A stretch of 64,000 nt of DNA. It comes from Podarcis pityusensis (taxonomy: Eukaryota). The position numbers and the translations under genes were made by a program. Below the pieces are notes generated by a model, which saw nothing but the letters and a program-made list of their open reading frames with translations, did not search any database and was not told the origin of the DNA. Positions 11,858 through 24,747 of this stretch are shown in pieces. Location: assembly GCA_964106645.2 (NCBI GenBank), contig OZ067041.1. One strand, given 5' to 3'. Within the stretch, counting starts at the first letter, position 1. Every line of letters begins with the position of its first letter.

Positions 11858-12511
11858 AATAATGCCCACTCACAGCACAAAGAGCTCATAACGCACCTAC
11901 TCTCAGCAGCCAGAAGCATCATAGCCAGACACTGGAGAGACCTGTCAGGAGCAAGCATAGACCAATGGTGTTAAATAGTATGGGAAACAGCCTTATTAGA
12001 AAAACTAACCAACAAACTGAAACTGACATGGGGACAAATAGAAGAAGACGCCTTCACCCTGGTATGGTTACCCTTTATCACATACACAGCCCAACAAGAA
12101 CCTGCCAACAGCATTAGAATCAATCTGGCTAACCTGATCCAAAAACACCCACCCAGCCCACTCACACATGAAAACAATTTTCACTACAACCAAAGACAAC
12201 CAGCCACACCCTAGCCTAGGCCACCCCCAACCTCTCTCATCACCAAAGAAATACATGCAATTAGTATAGAGAACCCACATAAGTGGCACACATACACAAA
12301 ACAGGAATACAGTAGAAGCATTGCCACCCAACCCACACACACCCTTTACCATCCCCCCCTCCACCTGTTTCCCCCTTTTCTTCCTAATGTAATACCAATG
12401 TCTCAACAAATGAAACTGATCTGTAGAAAATGTAACTTGAAGAAAGAGGCATTGCACATGTTTTTGTAAACCGGAAAATTTCAATAAAAATATATTTTAA
12501 AAGATAAAGAA
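11858..12511 (+). mobile_element. 5'-truncated L1-clade LINE (ORF2 C-terminus, 3'UTR, A-rich tail)
   Basis: Translates LLSAARSIIARHW...QW..VWETALLEKLT...F..VWLPF. Has AATAAA and an A-rich end, and a degenerate TSD AAAAAGAA(AC/GA)AGCT at a TT/AAAA site. Confidence 0.7.
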
Positions 12512-12841
12512 TAAAAAGAAGAAGCTGCCCAATAAGTGTGGAAAAGCACACAAGCAGATTCTCTGTGCACAATTTTTAGTGTAGTTTGCTTGTGCAGTTT
12601 TCTGGTTTTGTGCTGCCATTCACTGTGTGTGTGTGTGTAGAAACAGTGTAACAGTATTTATAAACCTGCCACCACTTAAAAATCCATTTTGGAAGAACCA
12701 GAGCAGTTCGTTTTTTAGTGGGCCAAAATTGTTTTAACTGTGCTCAGCCTTTTAAATATGAAGCTTTGGAGTGCTGTGAGGAAAAAAGGAAGATTTGGAT
12801 CAGACTCTATCCTACAGCATCTCTGACATCAGACTCATGGA

Positions 12842-12967
12842 CATGGGCATAGCCAGGATTTTTAGTGGGAAGCAGGCTTTTTATTAGGGCCTGCCCCCCA
12901 CTAATGTATTTTTATTGACGGGGGGGCAGCAGCCTCTCCCTGCCCCCCCCCCCCGGCTATGCCCATG
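12842..12967. mobile_element. 126-bp hAT MITE
   Basis: Perfect 13-bp TIR CATGGGCATAGCC and perfect 8-bp TSD CTCATGGA. Confidence 0.9.
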
Positions 12968-14406
12968 CTCATGGACCTGAAGGTGTATGACTTCAGCTGT
13001 TCCAAATGAGGGACTTTTGGGTGGGGAGAGTAGAGGTGTGCAAACGTATTTTGTCTCCTTTATTATTTCTTGTGTTGAATAAGGAACTGTGTGTGAGAGA
13101 AATAACATTCCAAATCAGCCCACACAAAAGGCACACGAATAGGAAATGGGTCAAATCAAAGACAGGCCGCAACAGATAAAATAGCATTGAAAACAGGGGG
13201 CGCTTCCACTGCTACTGGATATCTTGGAAGCTGCAGGAGTACAACTCCCATCATCCCTGAACACTGGACAGGCTCTTGTGGGAATCTCTCAACACCTGCC
13301 AATAATAACTGATAGCCATCTATGTTGGTTAATATATTGCTATGGTAAAGACCTTGGGTTGTTTTGCAGTCAGTTCCCTTACTTTAGGGATCATGCTGCA
13401 CAACGGAAGACCCTCAAGGCCAAACCGGAACCTTTTCTGCAGAGTTGTCCTTCCTTACCATCTGCTGCTCACAAACCAGAGGCAAGAGAAAGGTGTGGAA
13501 AAGCTGCTGACTGTGAAAACAGATATTTCTCATAGTCCATGCAGTTGGTTGTGGAAGGGGGCTTAGCCCACCATCCTCCAGCCCCTCCTCAATGCAGCCG
13601 TCTCATATGACCATGTGCTGATGGTGAGAGCACATACATGCAAGCAGCTGCAGTCGTATTCCTTAGCTCTTCACTCACTTCCTCCAGTTTGCAGGGGCCG
13701 ATTTTGGTCATATGGCATTCTGAGCATGGACCAAATTTGATTCCCTCCCCCCCCCCCAAAAAAATACTTCTTATTTTCACAATAATTTCTTATTTATTTA
13801 TTTATTGTTATTATTTTGTGCCCCCTCGGCTTGGCACCCACACCACCCTGAATCTGGCCATGCTTTCCCTCTGCATGATCATGAAATGCCATATTTGCTT
13901 GTGCTTGTGATTTGCGTAGCCTGACTGTGTGAATCAGTCCTCAGATTCAACTTCCTGGTTTGCTTGTTCTCCCAGCTAAACAGATACCTAGAAAACTGCC
14001 AGGGCAAAGTGTTCTAGATGAAGTGGAGTGACCTGTTATTCTGAAACAATTATATTTTCCAAGAGAGTTTCATTCAGTAGCCGCCGCATGGAATGTTGTT
14101 GAGCACCAGGAGACTTCAGACTGATGTAGGATGGAGCATGGGATGTGAGGTTAAAAAGGAATGCTCTGATAATTTGGCAAAAAAGAAGGGTGGAGCAGGC
14201 TGCTACAAGTATGCTAGTTATCATTTCCTCCTCTCATATGATACGATGCTAAATGTATTTTTGCATTTAGCCTGCAGGGTTGTTGCTTTTAAAATGAAAA
14301 TATCAACTAACTGGGGCATGTGATAATGATCAGGGTCATTGCAGGCATGGAAGGAGAAATTAATTATTTTCTCTGCTACTGTGAAAGCTGCTCTTTGAAA
14401 TGCAGG

Positions 14407-14654
14407 GACGGGTCAGCAAACTTTTTCAGCAGGGGGCCGGTCCACTGTCCCTCAGACCTTGTGGGGGGGCAGACTATATTGGGGGGGCGTGAACGAATTC
14501 CTGTGCCCCACAAATAACCCAGGGATGCATTTTAAATAAAAGCACACATTCTACTCATGTAAAAACACGCTGATTCCCAGACCGTCCATGAGCCGGATTT
14601 AGAAGGTGATTTAGAAGGTGATCCAGCCCCCGGGCCTTAGTTTGCCGACCCGTG
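14407..14654. mobile_element. hAT-type non-autonomous element
   Basis: Ends GACGGGTCAGCAAAC / GTTTGCCGACCCGTG are imperfect TIRs; no clean TSD. Confidence 0.7.
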
Positions 14655-14661
14655 TGCAGAG

Positions 14662-15043
14662 ACATAGGAAGCTGCTTGACAGCTACCTGGAGTCAGACCA
14701 CTGGTCCATTCAGCTTAGTACTGTACACACTGTCTGGCAGCAGCTCTCCAGGGTTTTAAGAGAGGAGACTTTCCTACTTAGGGCTGCCGTGCACCCGGAT
14801 TTTCCCAGACATTACCAGGATTTCAAAGGCGGAATAGAAATTCCAGGGGGAATTTCCAAGAGGAGGCACTTTGTCCTGGACCTTAGGCAAGTCAATCCAA
14901 AAGGGCTCTTTTTTTCACATTTTTGGGGGCTTCCTGAAAAAACCTCAGCAACTTCCAGGCAACCCTATTCCTACTCCTACCTAGAGATGAATCCAGGAAC
15001 CTTCTTCATACAAAGTAAATGCTCTCTCACTGAGCTACAGCCC
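14662..15043 (-). mobile_element. tRNA-derived squamate SINE (Squam3-like) split by a hAT MITE
   Basis: Homologous to copies at 17255-17418 and 58550-58738. Confidence 0.7.
14779..14967. mobile_element. hAT MITE nested in the SINE
   Basis: TIR TAGGG(C/T)TGCC and perfect 8-bp TSD TTCCTACT (14771-14778, 14968-14975). Confidence 0.88.
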
Positions 15044-16962
15044 TTTGGGAGAGTGGGGAGCCCCTCCCCTCCATTTGCACTATAGCTGCAAATTTCAGTT
15101 TCCTTTCTGGGGCCAATAGAAGCTTGGGGGAGCAATTTTCATAGGGGAAAATAGAGATCATGGGAAATGGTTAAAGCCCCCTTGGAATTCAATCCAGATA
15201 GGGCGCTTCCACAGCCGCACTTTTTTAAAAAACAAAAACACCATAGGAGCCAATTCCTAGGGGTTCAGGTCCCTTTGGTCTCCCAATAAAATATTTGAAG
15301 GGACCAAGCCCCCGCCCCCAAGTTGATCAGCATTACCATTCAAATAGTGTGCATGTGCCACATCATGTGATCAATTATGTGGGGTGCGGCTTACATGACA
15401 CCCCCCCAATATTTTATTCAAGTTGGCACCCAAGTTGTGTGCCATTTTCTTCTACCTGAGTCTATCCTGCACAGCACTCCTCCTTCTAGGTACATCTCCT
15501 CCTAGATACAGAGAACTTGCCAGGGGAGAGAACATGTCTGAACATTCCAGGGAAGTGATGGAGGGTGTCTAAGTAACCACAGGGCTTCATTTCCCAGCCC
15601 ACTCAAGGTGCTGAAGCCCTCAGTGTCCCGACTGGAAGATGAATAAAACCTGCCCTTGGTACCTCCATTCATTGGAACCTCCACTTGGAACCTTGAGAGG
15701 CAGTGAGGGGATCTGTGGAATCCTGAGCCTATCCTACTGACGTTGTGTGATGACAGCAAGCTTGATCCAGGCCCAAACGCAGCACCAGCCAGGAGCTCAT
15801 GCAGCAACCATCCACCCTCCCACCTCTGCCCCAGACTTGCTGCTCTGTAAAGCCCTGTCAGCTGGCAGGCAGTGTTTGGTTCCCCTACGTCTACAGGAAC
15901 ATATATGGACCATTGGTCTGATCAGGCATGATACTTTTTAGTATGTGAATTTTGAGCTCTGCTTCACTCCATGTGAGTGGTTCCATAATTCTGTGCTATA
16001 AACCTCAGATCAATTTCCCAGAAACGTTGTACTGCAAATGGAATAAATGTGCAGTTTTTTGAAATGTGCATAACATAGTTAATTTGCACTTAAAAGCAAT
16101 GATAACCAGAATCGAAGGTTTTTTTAAAATCAAAGTAAAGGAGGTTAATCCAGATTTCTACAAATGGGAAGAGCTGCAATCCTTTGTGTGACTTGCATTA
16201 GCCTGAAGATTTAGTAGAATGAGGGATCTTGCACCCAAGTTTATATGCTAGGAAGGAATTCTGATGGGAAGGAAGAGAATTGAACAAGAAAGTAATATGG
16301 TATACAGTGGAGCTGGTGACCGAGACAAGAATTTCTTGGATATTGTTAGAGACACCATCCATAAGGAACTAGAAGAGCCAAGCTATAGAAGCAAGGTACT
16401 GCCTGACAAGTGGGTTCTGGCTGATGCAGTCTTCCAGAGTCTGCAGACCGAGCATATAGCGCAGCTTCCAGTTGAGGTATCAATGCCATCTTTAAGTTGT
16501 ACAGGCATGGTTCTTTTATATTATGGTCACCAGGTGTTTTGAAGGAAATTTGTTGTTTATAACAGCAAAATGCCTTCTTACTGTGGGAAATGGCCTCACT
16601 ACATAACAGCTCTCTGCTTGCCGGCAGCCTTAATACCTTATGCCTACGCACAGAACCTTGAACTTTAATTACATCTGCTTTGATGCCCTCTCTTGGTTTT
16701 ATGCATGACTTGAACATTTACTGCTGTTTGGCCTACATTCTAAAAGCTCCATTACTGAAGTTCACCTTCTTTAAGCAAGCTAATTTTTGGCTGAGAAACC
16801 CTGAGGATATTTTTGTGCAGCTGTGTTTGCTTTATGCAGAAGGCAGAACAACACAGAATAGCTTGTACCATGATTACTCTGCTTTCCAAGCATCATTTGG
16901 GAGGATGGAGGGTGGGGGGGTGGCACCTAGAGTTTAATGTTCTTTTAAAAATCATTCTAAAC

Positions 16963-17097
16963 CAGGATTTTTTTCAGCCAGAACTCACTGGAACTCAGTT
17001 CCAGCACCAACCAGGTAGGTGCCATTGCCATTCTAAGAGAATGAAGGAGGTATTCATGGTGAGTTCCAACACCTCTTTTTCTAGAAAAATAACACTG
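16963..17097. mobile_element. hAT-type MITE
   Basis: CAGGATTTTTTTC...GAAAAATAACACTG ends; a related end at ~18906-18940. Confidence 0.55.
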
Positions 17098-17254
17098 TTT
17101 TTTTAACAACACTATGATCTTTTTGTCTAGTTATGACTTATGCAGGAATAGAGATTGAGACTAAATCACTTGGACCAGCAGAGCACAGCACGACTGCTTG
17201 AAAGGTTTACACCAATATAGTTACATGTTAGTGCTGGAGAAGGTGCTATCACCA

Positions 17255-17418
17255 GTAGCTTAAGGGTAGAGCATTTGCTTTGCATGCAGAAGTCCCAAGG
17301 TTCAATCCCTGGAGTCTCCAGGAAAGACTGGAAATCCTGGAGAGCATTTGCCAGCAAGTGACAACACTGAGCTAAATAGATCAATGGTCTGACTCAGTAT
17401 AAGGCAGCTTCCTATGTT
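17255..17418 (+). mobile_element. tRNA-derived squamate SINE (Squam3-like)
   Basis: A-box-like TAGCTTAAGGGTAGAGC, B-box GGTTCAATCCC, tail GACTCAGTATAAGGCAGCTTCCTATG. Confidence 0.75.
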
Positions 17419-20381
17419 GCCCCCAATTGTGTTTTTATTCACTTGTTTTTTGTCACCCTGAGCACCTTGGAGTGGGAGGGCGGGATACAAATTTAATAAA
17501 TAAACTGTTGGGCCAGCTGCTTGCTGCAGGAGCCTGGGATATGCTTTACCTCAGCTAAGAGTTTAGAATGGAATTGGTTTGCTCAGAAAAAGGAGGCAAG
17601 CTGGAAGCAACCGGGAAACAAGTATCTGAAGAGTTACACTGATTGCTTCATGATAAATGTCCTGTCTTTATAAGCCAAGTTTACCTTAGCTCAGGGAATG
17701 TGATCCAATCAGACCAACATTACAAAAAAGTGCCCCCTGTCCATGAGGGCGGTCCTATTAATCAAGAGTCTACATTTATCTACACTGGCTAAAGGACTGC
17801 ATATGCATTTGGGCTCCATAAAGGAAAGGAAGAAGAGTATCCTGACAGGGCAGGAATCCACCACACCCTGCCAAGTAGTATCCTGGCTACACTAGTCCAT
17901 AGGAAAAGGCATGGCTGCACATATTCAGTCTGAAACAGGCTTTGAAGCTTTTGTTTAAAGAGGTATATAAACTCTGGGCTTCAAAGCCCATGTTGTTCTA
18001 TTGCAGCAGTTCCATCCCGACTATGTTCCGTCCCATTAGCAGCTGTGGAACTGTAGTTCTGGCGCTGGGTGGAGAATGCCTCAGGTTGTTTGTTGTGGCT
18101 CGTGGCTGAGGTTTCTGGTTGGGGTGGCTGAGGTTTCCGTGCAATAAATACAATCGCCTGTGTGAGGTAATTAATAATAATAAAAAGGTTGGATTCAGCA
18201 AGAGTCATAAAATTACACAGCAGAGTCATAAAATTACAAAATTGTGCAGCACAGTGAAGCATGAGGAGCACAGGTTGCAGACACTTTAAATATCCCATTT
18301 AGTCTGCTTACAGTGCTTCCCTTCTCTATTCCTCTTGCAGTGAACAGACCATAGCATTCATAAGTTTAAATGCTTTGCTTAAAAGCTCCAGCAAAAAGCA
18401 GCAGCAAGAAGAACACAGGCAGAAATATTGGGTTTGCAAAATACGGAAAAATACTTCTGAACACATGGTCTTAACTTGAAGCAGTCGAGACCAGACATAT
18501 TGCCTGCTTGGCTTCACATGGTGGAACAGAATGAAGAAAGGTTCACTTCCTCCTTCACTAGATATGAGGGGCGTGACTTAACTGAGTAGCAATACAATTC
18601 AGTGATCTTAACCCCTTCATGCATTAACCAGCCCTAAGCTTGCTAGTGATATTTGATTGCAATTTCCCAGAGTTTCTGGGGCTGTGGGGTATCCTGGGGC
18701 CAGGATACACAGGCGGCGGCCATTTTAGGGGCATCCAACTGATGCACAATCGCCAATGTGCAGGTCCTTTGGGACACAGAAGAAGGCGGGATGGGGGGGA
18801 ACAGGGAGGAGCCTCTCCTTGGCAAATGCTTGTTCCTCTCACAGTAATGAATGATTCTGATGAGTGCATACCCTACAATATTTCTCTGATGAAAATAGGG
18901 ACATCCAGTGCTATTTTTCTAAGAGGTGCTGGAACTCACCTCAGGAATCAAAAGGTTTGTTTATGATTACTATAGTAAATCCTTCAATATTCCTTAAAGA
19001 GCCTAGAAATTTCAACAGAATCCCTATGGAGGGTGTCTATCTGCACGTATCAAATGAATCATGACGGCAACACAGCATGAAAGGCCAGTCTTTCATCCCA
19101 AAAGGACTATCAAGATCTCATCATGGATGCAGATGTGTACCTGCATCAAAAGTGCTGTGTGTGTAGCTCTTCGTGTATAAATCCCAGAAGAGTAGCAAAG
19201 ACAACAAAAAAAGTCCTATGGCACATTAAAGATTAACAAAGAACTTGAAGGTGCCACAAGATCCTTTGTTGTATTTGCATACTGTGCCCTTTCTCACACA
19301 ACCATCTTTAGGATGCATTCAGATCATTTTTCTGCCATGTGTGCATGGAGTTTTGTTTTGCTTTTTAAGGTGTTTAGGTGTTGCAAACTCCCTCTTCCTC
19401 TTAGCAGCTTAAGTTTCGGTCTCTGGTGAAGTCACTGATAATCCCAATAGTTCTCCAAGTGCCTAAAAGAGCACACAGCAAAAACAAAGCAGCAGACACC
19501 AGATTAACGTCGCATAAGAAGAAGCGGGGGGCGGGGGGGGGGACATATTCCACTGGGAAAACTCACAAGTCTCCTGCTTCCAACATACAGGTATTAGTTC
19601 TTCTTTTTCATCTCCCAATAAATGTGTTGTTATAAGAAGTAACCTTTATGAAAGGAGAGAAGCCCTTCATGTTCCTTGGTCTTTAAACTGCCAGTGCATT
19701 GCAGCCCTCGCTTAAACCTCCAGGGAAGGTGCTAGGAAATCAATGCTGTCATTAAAGTGTTTGGGAGGTCCAGAAGGAAATAAAGAAGGGAAAAACAAGG
19801 CAACTTAAAAACAAACCCTTAGGATGAATTGGGTAAACGCTATATTTGGAACGTTTGCTGAGATTTCCATAAGGTTGCCATGGAATATGCATGCATTAAA
19901 AATGCATCTTAAAAGGACAGATCTATTTGGCAAATGCATGCATTGCTCTTATAGCTTCTCTTGCCGTTTTAGTTATAAATTTTAAAATATGCCACCCCAA
20001 TGAGATCATTTTTTTAGCCACTTTGTCTTCTCCAGTACCTATTTCAAAAATGGCTTTTTGGCTACCACCCAATGATTTCTCTGCTTGCCTTCCACCCAGC
20101 TGAATCTTCTTACATTTTTTTTAAAGGGGGAAATGTATACAGTACATCTGAATATTTTGCATACTTTCCCATGCATTTAGAAAATGATGGTACAGCACTA
20201 CTTTAACCAAAATGAAAAAATACTAACACTTCTTTTCCCTCCCACAAATAATTTTAGTTTGCATTTGCTTGATGTAGAATTATGATCCTAAATTAGAATG
20301 GTCCATGCACCCATGTAGCATTGTAAAAACAGTCAATGAAGAGTTGTAATAGGGGAAGCCCAGCCAGATGGGCGGGGTATA

Positions 20382-20641
20382 CCGTATTTTTCGCTCTATA
20401 AGACGCACCAGACCACAAGACGCACCTAGTTTTTGGAGGAGGAAAACAAGAAAAAAAATATTCTGAATCTCAGAAGCCGGAACAACAAGAGGGATCGCTG
20501 CACAGCGAAAGCAGCGATCCCTCTTGCTGTTCTGGCTTCTGGGATAGCTGCGCAGCCTGCATTCGCTCCAATAAGACGCACACACATTTCCCTTTACTTT
20601 TTAGGAGGAAAAAAGTGAGTCTTATAGAGCAAAAAATACGG
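20382..20641. mobile_element. pogo/Tigger-type MITE, copy A
   Basis: TIR CCGTATTTTT(C/T)GCTCTATAAGAC, TA TSD, internal palindrome. Confidence 0.9.
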
Positions 20642-20669
20642 TAAATATTATTATTATTATTGCCAAGGC

Positions 20670-20757
20670 AAGTCCTACTCAGAGTAGACCCACTGAAATT
20701 TATAGGCATAATTTATTCATGCTCATTGATTTCAATAGATTTACTCTGAGTAGGACC
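20670..20757. repeat. Palindromic interspersed repeat (ACTCAGAGTAGACCCA...TTTACTCTGAGT family)
   Basis: Hairpin; related copies at ~4003-4080 and ~38845-38910. Confidence 0.6.
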
Positions 20758-21124
20758 CTATTGCATTACAGGATGTCCTTGGCAGGCTTCTAGTAGTGGG
20801 ATCTGTTAGTTGAATCTATCTCATACTTTATGCATTTTGACATTGATTGACATGACAATTGACCTGGCATGTTTCTGTTAGAGAAAAAATAAAAACAAAC
20901 AGAAATTATTGTATAACCTCTGCATGCAAAGAACCTGGGTAGCTGCCTTATCCTGAGTCAAAACATTGATCCATCAAGCTCAGCATAGTCTCAAATTACT
21001 TGCAGAAGCTCTTCTGACATCAACCCCAAACATTCTTGCTCTCTCAGGCATTTGGAGAGAACCAGTGAGACTTCAAAAAATTTTTTGCAGGGTTTTAGAC
21101 TGTTCTGTGCTTCTTTAAAATATA

Positions 21125-21368
21125 CCGTATTTTTCGCTCTATAAGACGCACCAGACCACAAGACGCACCTAGTTTTTGGAGGAGGAAAACAAGAAAAAAA
21201 ATATTCTGAATCTCAGAAGCCAGAACAGCAAGAGGGATCGCTGCCCAGCGAAAGCTGTTCTGGCTTCTGGGATAGCTGCGCAGCCTGCATTTGCTCCATA
21301 AGACGCACACACATTTCCCCTTACTTTTTAGGAGGGAAAAAGTGAGTCTTACAGAGCAAAAAATACGG
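21125..21368. mobile_element. pogo/Tigger-type MITE, copy B
   Basis: Near-identical to copy A, TA TSD, 15-bp internal deletion. Confidence 0.9.
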
Positions 21369-24300
21369 TACTTTTAATTGTTGGTTTAACTGGCGTGTAT
21401 TTTTGCAACTGCTGTTATTTTTATGATATTCTGGAAACTACCCAGGGATTGCTGTGATTATTTATTTAGATATGTATACACCACATTTTTCTTAAGCCTG
21501 CGAACAACATACATTATTGCAGGATCCATAAAACATCAGTAAGAAAATAACAATAAAAAGTGCTGGATGACCTACACATCTAGATAATAGAATACACGGT
21601 ACCAAGGATCCTTATGCAAAGACCTCTCATTTTCCACTGGAAGCTGAAATGGAGGGGTTACTGGGGCCTTTTTTTGGAAAGTCCCTCCTTGTTCAAGGAG
21701 GCTACTGACAAGAAGTGAAATCTGTTGAAATGGTATGTGGCAGAGCTGGCCCAGCCATAGAGCAGGATGAGACCACTGCTTCAGGCAGCAGAAGCCTCCA
21801 TGGGTGCCCCACCATTGGCACTGATTTTGGTCCAGTAGCAGATGCAGCAGCGGCAGGAGTAGGTAGATGGTAGCGGCAGGGCAAAGCAGCCCCTTCCGTT
21901 TTGCCAACAAGCTGCCCTGGTATGTGATATTGTTCCTTTCTTGGCAAACCTGCATAAAGGAACTCCTGACAGCCACTGCCAGGAGGCTGTTATGTACATG
22001 CTGGATAGATCATTCCTGGAAGGGACACAAGGCATACAATTGGCCTCTGTATTGTCGGTGCATGTTGTTCTCCTCTGAATTGCCTGCAATCAATTGCAGA
22101 GATGCAAAGAACTGCAAGCTCTCAGGAGAGATCAAATGCCATTTGATAAGTTGCGAGGGATTTGGCGACAGGTTGACGCCAGGTGATAAATTTTTGTGTT
22201 ACTAGAACTGCAAGCTCCTTGGCCTTAGCTTCGCAAGTTCTCCCTTCCTCCTGTTCTCATGATGGCAATTCAGCCATGGCATACGTAATATTAACAGGGC
22301 TGCTGCCATGGTAGACCTATCAGAATCACAAATCTGCTCTGAACATGGTCCGAGCTATTTCCAAGGCCACACCTACACAGCCGCAGAGCCAAGCCCTCGT
22401 GTTTCTTTCCCTGAGCTGCCTTGCTGTTCTCTTATCTCATTTCATTTCACTGGCCTGCGTGTTTGTGTGAGTGAACACCATTGGACATACTGTGAGTCTC
22501 TTGTTTGTAAAATAATAATAATAATAATGTTGTTGTTGCTGTTGTTGTTACTACAATTATACCATTTTTGTTTGATGACTGAGAGATTGAGATTTCAAGT
22601 TATTTTTAAAAATTTTCATCTGTCAATTCTACAACCAGCTAACCCTCATTAACAGCTGATGGAAGTCACAGGGTAATTATGCTGAGAGGAAAGGAGAGAT
22701 GTGCCGGGACGTATATTTCTTTTTGACCAGTAATGGTAATACAGGTGCATAGTAGGAAGTTGGTTTAAAGGCTGATGCTCTGAAACACGAATGTCATATA
22801 AAAATACCGTATTGGCCTGAATATAAGCCTCACTTTTCCCCCCAAATTCCGACTGTGAAAAGTTAAAGTGCGGCTTATATTCGCAACCTTACAAAAATTG
22901 GCTTGGAGCAGGCTTGTCCCCAGATGTTGCCTGGTTTTGGCTGGGCCGGCTCCCAAGATGGCGGCACGGCAAGGGGGTCCCTGAGAGGGAGTCAGAAGGC
23001 GGTGAGGAGGAGGAAGGGAGGGAGGAGCGTGGATGAGAGAGCGAGAAGGTCTGCTAGGAGGAGGAACAGGAGATGCAGCCGGTCTGCTGCAACTGGCGCT
23101 AGCCCACCGAGGTGCCTGGCTTTAGCCCACTGAGGGGCGTGTGAGTCCCGACAGCTGCTGCCTCTCTCCACCCGTACCACCTGAGAAGGGGTGTGTGCTC
23201 GTACTTATAGCTTGATTGGACCTAGGGACATTTATTGTGTACATGTACAAACTGCCGTTGGGTAGATGGATTGCAGAACTCGATAGTGGTGATTGTAAAA
23301 TGTACAAACGATGGTAACCAAATCACAAATTCTATCATTAGGTGTGATATAGCCCACCAAAAATCTGCCAGAGAGCCTAGGTTCCTGTGTTTTTGGTGAA
23401 ACCTAGACTGGAGCTGTTCTAGGGAACTGGAACACGTAAGATACTGAGGCTGGATTGAGACACATCAAAGAAACATTTCATAAACGTGTTCTAAACTTTA
23501 TATGACAAATCGGGTTGGCAAAAACAGAACTCCACAGCGCCACCTGGTGTCACGGTGTTAGAAAGGATAAACAACACATATAAAGTGCTTTTTCTTTGCC
23601 AGTGTAGCTGAGTCCTGATTCCCCCCCCCTGCCCTTAGCAATACATTGATAATTATTTGATACTGTTAAATTAACTTTCGTCTTTTTCCCCTTTTTTCCC
23701 TTGGAATTTTGGTAAAAAAAAGTGATTCCATGCATCACGTAGATGACTAAGGGTTTAGGCTTAAGTTATTAAATACAAACAAATTCCATGTTACGGAGGC
23801 AAGCACACTCTGTACATGCTCATGCTATCCATTCATTTCTGAGGCTCATGATTCTTAATTGTTTCTCCTCCTATACAACTTAAAATACTTAGGCTGTGTC
23901 ACATTTTGATTGGGCACAATATTGGCAGCACATTTTCCTTCTCAGTAAGCCAACTGGCAACAGCCTTGTCTTATACCTTTAAAAAACAAAAAACCAGCCC
24001 ACCAGAATATGGCTTATTGTATGATACTGAGTACACAACTCTGGCACACTTTTAATCAAAGAGGTAGCCAGCTAACCATGGCTTACACCAGAAATAAGAC
24101 AACAGTCCAGCAGCAGTTTAAAGCTGGCAAGTGTAACAATATGCTTTTGTGGGTTACTAAGAATGATGCATCTAGTGAAGTGGAGTCTAGCCCAAGACAG
24201 TTCATGCCACTGTATTTTTAAGAGACTAGTACTGTTTGTTTTGTTATAATGTTCAAGCAGCACTATGATCTGCTTGACAATGTCATCGTGAGGATAAGAA

Positions 24301-24525
24301 GATTGTAAAACACATTGGTTAACTTAAAATGCTGTTACAAAAAGTAGAATGGTGCAGGTAATGGTTCAGATAGAGCCTACATGCAGGCAGGCCTGTCCTA
24401 GAACACAGCCACATATTGGATTGCCAAAGGCCAACGTCTGTAAACATGACTACCCTAGTTGTGGCCCAGAGTCTGTTCATCTTTTGTTCTTTAGGCTGCT
24501 GTGAGCGCATGTCAGGACACTAATA

Positions 24526-24747
24526 CAGTCGTACCTTGTCTTGCGGCTGGGATCCGTTCCGGAGCCCCGGTCGCTAGCTGAAAAGGACGCAGGGCAAAGT
24601 GCTGTGTCTGTGCATGGAGCGGTTTTAACTTCTGCACGTGCGCAAGCAACAAATCCGGAAGTAACCCATTCCAGTATTTCCGGGTTTACCGTGGACGTTC
24701 GCCAGAATGGCCGCAAGACAAGGCGGACGGTCACGGAGGTATTACTG
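24526..24747. mobile_element. Tc1/mariner (Tigger-like) MITE
   Basis: TA-CAGTCGTACCT...AGGTATTACTG-TA. Confidence 0.75.

Noticed and set aside
16264-16542. 92-aa ORF with protein-like composition
   Set aside because: No recognisable family, promoter or splice partners. A tblastn search would be needed to revive it.
17255-17315. tRNA-like A/B boxes
   Set aside because: Head of a tRNA-derived SINE with a repeat tail; no complete cloverleaf.
18310-18480. Strong plus-strand acceptor CTTCCCTTCTCTATTCCTCTTGCAG
   Set aside because: Stops in all frames within about 140 nt and no clear donor. Could be a lncRNA exon but is unsupported without transcripts.
19195-19280. Hairpin with AAGGTGCCACAAGA core (also ~59770-59850)
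   Set aside because: Looks like a degenerate Penelope-derived palindrome common in sauropsids, not a unique RNA gene.
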